Origin: the human T2T-CHM13v2.0 reference genome, Homo sapiens
Strand: one strand, 5' to 3'
DNA length: 64,000 nt
NCBI RefSeq assembly: GCF_009914755.1
Contig: NC_060925.1
Below are positions 59,081-64,000 of this stretch, piece by piece. Each line of letters opens with the position of its first letter. Within the stretch, counting starts at the first letter, position 1. The position numbers and the translations under genes are program-made. Under the pieces are notes generated by a model, which saw only the letters and a list, made by a program, of their open reading frames with translations, was not told the origin of the DNA and made no database searches.

Positions 59081-60700
59081 GTCTGTATTAACAGCTTGAC
59101 ACATTTGTATCCCATTTGAAAACAGATAAGAATTCAACTCCAAAGCCAACCTATGTTATCAGACTTGTTCTTAGAAATTCATCTTTTCAGTATACCCTTA
59201 TGTTATCCCAGATTTAACTCAGAAAGAATTTAGGAGATGAGGCTTAGCTTTATAATGTCATTTATGCTAGGATCCATGTAAACAACAGATGTCTCTCTAC
59301 TATTCCTGTCACTCAAAGTGACTCATCATAATTTCTCCACTTTATAAGACATGGTTCCCTCATCCTCAAAAAGAGAACAATAAGAATATAGCCCAGGGTA
59401 TCATGGGGCTCGGTGGGTTGCAAAGATGTACAACACTGCACAGCATTATAAATGCTCAGGTAACCCAACCTTAGTGATTGAGAGTCCCTGTGCTCAGGAG
59501 ACAGTGGAGATTCCAGATCTCAATCAACCTTCTACTTCCTAGCCTAGAAAGAAATTAAGGCACCACCCCCCTCAGCCGCCCCGGGCAAATAAATGACCTG
59601 TGGGAAACCTGAGACTCCTAGAGGGTGGGGTTAGCTCAAGACTATCCTCCCAATTTCGGCCTCAGGGAAGACCTCCTCTCGGGTCTCATAGCCTTGTTTC
59701 CCCCACCTCTATTTGTATCTCTTCCTGGGGAAAGACGAGTGCCAAAGGCAGGATATGAACAAGTAGTTGGAAAATCGTGACTCAAGCATAAGTCATTCTC
59801 CAAACCCTGAAAAACCCTTCCTATCACTTCTACTCTCTTCTTTTTCATGATTCCTCAGGGAAAAAAAAAAAAAATTATTGGTTCAATGTCATGGAAAGAA
59901 TCTGGTATATTTTATTTTATCAAAATGGTTTTGAGATTTGGGGCAAGAAGGAGTCACTCACACATTTCTGAGGATCCCAAAAGTTTGGATCATGCCTCCT
60001 CTGTGGCTGGTCCCTCCCTTCTCTCTGAAGAAGCTCAGTGCCTACCTCAGTGTCAGCTTCATTCAGTCAGGTGTCATTTTCAATGCCATGTCATTTGGGC
60101 AGGGCTGTCAGTCTTATTAGGATTGTTCTCCTTGGCACTGGCAATAGCCTATGTCGTGCTTCTCCCAGCAAACAGCCTCAAGACTGGACAATCACACCTT
60201 GCCGAATAACTTGAGCTGGCCAGAGTCGAATGCTCACCTCTGCAGACGGCTTGTAACTCACATTACATGGACTTCAGGACGGAGAACTAGAACTCAGGAG
60301 ACATAACTGAAAAAAAAAGAAAAGGAGAAGTTTTTCTTGTGGCAAATTGGAGAGACACACATGAAGTGCACAGGAGGGCCTGAGCTCAACTGAAAGGAGC
60401 CAAGGCAGCTCCCACTCTGTAGAGACTGCTGGTCTAGGAGTGACCTCAACATACATTTCACTCAGGCCTTATTAAATAGTGATAGTGGTCCAGTTTGTCC
60501 GGTTCTTTAGGCCTGCTACTAGGTCAGACATTGTCACCAGAAGGAGGCAGTTGTGTGAGCCAGCCTGGGAAGATGTTAGCAAAATAACAGTAGCTGCAAG
60601 GCCCTGACTAATCACTTGTATATTCTCATGACAAGCCTAGTCCCTGGTACGTAAGTAGTTAAGACTACTTTCAGAATGCAGTCTTAAAATATATTATAGA

Positions 60701-61335
<635 letters not shown>

Positions 61336-61714
61336 AATTTAGAAATTTAAAGATATGTAGATAGGTATATTATTGGTTTTTCTTTGCTTCACTTTCCAAC
61401 TCTCTTGGTTGACTCTACTGATATGGCCATTAAGAAAAGAGACAATCCGCAGATATAGACATATTCCTTGGCCATGTCTCCTGATGCAAAAGCTCTTGGT
61501 AGACCTATGAGGTCTCCAGCTCTAAGAAGTCAGGTCTTAGAAAGCCTGCCAGGAGCTTATTAATCTTCCTTAAGATCTTTTCAGGAATTAGAACCAAGAA
61601 AATTTCAGGGTTAAAATTCAAGTACCACCTGGCTGACTAAAACCCGGCATGCCTGTTACAAATGGCACTAGTCTGGAACCGGGAATATTGGGCCAGCTCA
61701 GCTCATCTGCCCTA

Positions 61715-61833
61715 AGGATCTTATCTTAACTTGACCATCTGCAAAGACCCTATTTCCAAATATAGTTACGTTCATAGGTATTGGGGGTCAGGACTTCAAC
61801 ATCTTTTGGGGGAACGCAATTCAGCCCAAAACA
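61715..61833 (-). mobile_element. MLT1 (B/C-like) LTR 5'-end fragment
   Basis: CATCTGCAAAGACCCTATTTCCAAATA...GGTATTGGGGGTCAGGACTTCAACATCTTTTGGGGGAACGCAATTCAGCCCAAAACA. Confidence 0.75.
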
Positions 61834-61958
61834 GAAGGCTTTATGATGCTCTTCGAACTTGAGTTGGATCTTGAAGAATGTAAAGGATTTATATAGGTGG
61901 TGAGGAAAAAGTCTGTTGCATTCTAAGGAAGGAAAATGGCACATGAAAAGGACATGGA

Positions 61959-62259
61959 AGCTGAGCATGGTGGCTCACGCCTGTAATCCCAGCACTCTGG
62001 GAGGCCGAAGCAGGCAGATCACTTGAGGTCAGGAATTCAAGACCAGCCTGGCCAACACAGCAAAACCCTGTCTCTTCTAAAAATACAAAAATTATTTGGG
62101 CAAGGTGGCAGGCAGCTGTAGTTCCAGCTACTCAGAAGGCTGAGGCAGGAGAATCGCTTGAACCTGGGAGGCAGAGGTGGCAGTGAACTGAGGTTGCGCC
62201 ACTGCTGCAGCCTGGGCAACAGAGCAAGACTCCATCTCAAAAAATAAAAAATAAATTTA
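61959..62259 (+). mobile_element. AluS (Sz/Sx-like)
   Basis: Full dimer; perfect 13-bp TSD AAAAGGACATGGA at 61946-61958 and 62260-62272. Confidence 0.93.
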
Positions 62260-62858
62260 AAAAGGACATGGAGTTTGGAGTAAGCAAAAGCTTACTCCAT
62301 GGGACAATAAAGAAGCCAGCTAATTAAGGAGGAAATTCTTCGAAATCAAGTTGAATAGGGAGTGTGGGTCTGATGATGGAGAGTTTGGGCTGATGGGTAG
62401 AGGCTTTTTAACTTGATATAGTTTGAAAAGAGAGCAAAGAACAGGCATGGTGAAAGCCTGATGTCCAGAAAACCCAGGTTAAGACAAAGGATAAAAATTA
62501 TGTACATTATTAATCACCAACCATATTCTGATTTTTTCTAGGTGCTGGAAAGAGATTGGAGTTTCAGGAAACAAATATTATCCCTGTTTCATATTCATGG
62601 ATTTTCTCTCTCTAACTATGTAATTATAAATTGAGACAAGTGCTCAAAGGAAAAAGAACTTCTCTCTCTAGAGTGCATAATGAAGGAGCTTGACCTAGAC
62701 AAGGTCAAGAAAGGTGTCTCTGGAAGGGGATGTTTGCTCTGAGAGCTGTGGGATGTGTAGGAGTTAAGCAGGGGCAGTTTGATAGGGAAGAAGGAAGCCA
62801 AGTTGTATGGAATAGAAGAGTAGTGCAGTCAAAGTTTCTACATGGGCCCAAGCGCTGA

Positions 62859-64000
<1,142 letters not shown>

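Noticed and set aside
59560-59720. Small GC-richer patch with CCGCCCC and TGTGGGAA
   Set aside because: Too short and CpG-poor for an island; isolated motifs are expected by chance.

Overview
Human genomic DNA: it contains a human-specific AluYb8 and an AluYa-lineage element. The window is AT-rich and CpG-poor, and about half or more is recognisable transposable element. I see no intact host protein-coding exon, RNA gene or CpG island. The only non-TE gene-derived sequence is a complete processed pseudogene of ATP5MC2 (ATP synthase subunit c; minus strand, 8443-9088) with poly-A, an 11-bp TSD and a CGA>TGA stop at codon 32. Other content: about 20 Alus (J, S, Y, Ya, Yb8, monomers), two young 5'-truncated L1PA copies, a 3.3-kb L1PA15/16-like copy with TSD, older L1M/L2/MIR/CR1 debris, a MER21 LTR, a nested MLT1 element, a decayed ERVL (LTR16) provirus and Tigger/Tc2 DNA transposons. 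I found no convincing new biological system. The most unusual signal is a set of small patchwork insertions and fold-back hairpins that resemble templated-insertion DNA-repair scars. The best of these is a ~70-bp insert in the MER21 LTR assembled from a site 3.9 kb away plus an inverted piece of the LTR end. I also flag a new strong-Kozak ATG in the pseudogene, an AluYb8 nested antisense in an AluJ, a candidate 74-nt exon, a recursive-splice-like motif and a repeat-poor putative regulatory block at 43-44.4 kb. Subfamily names come from recalled consensus sequences and need RepeatMasker/Dfam confirmation. Boundaries of old repeats are approximate.
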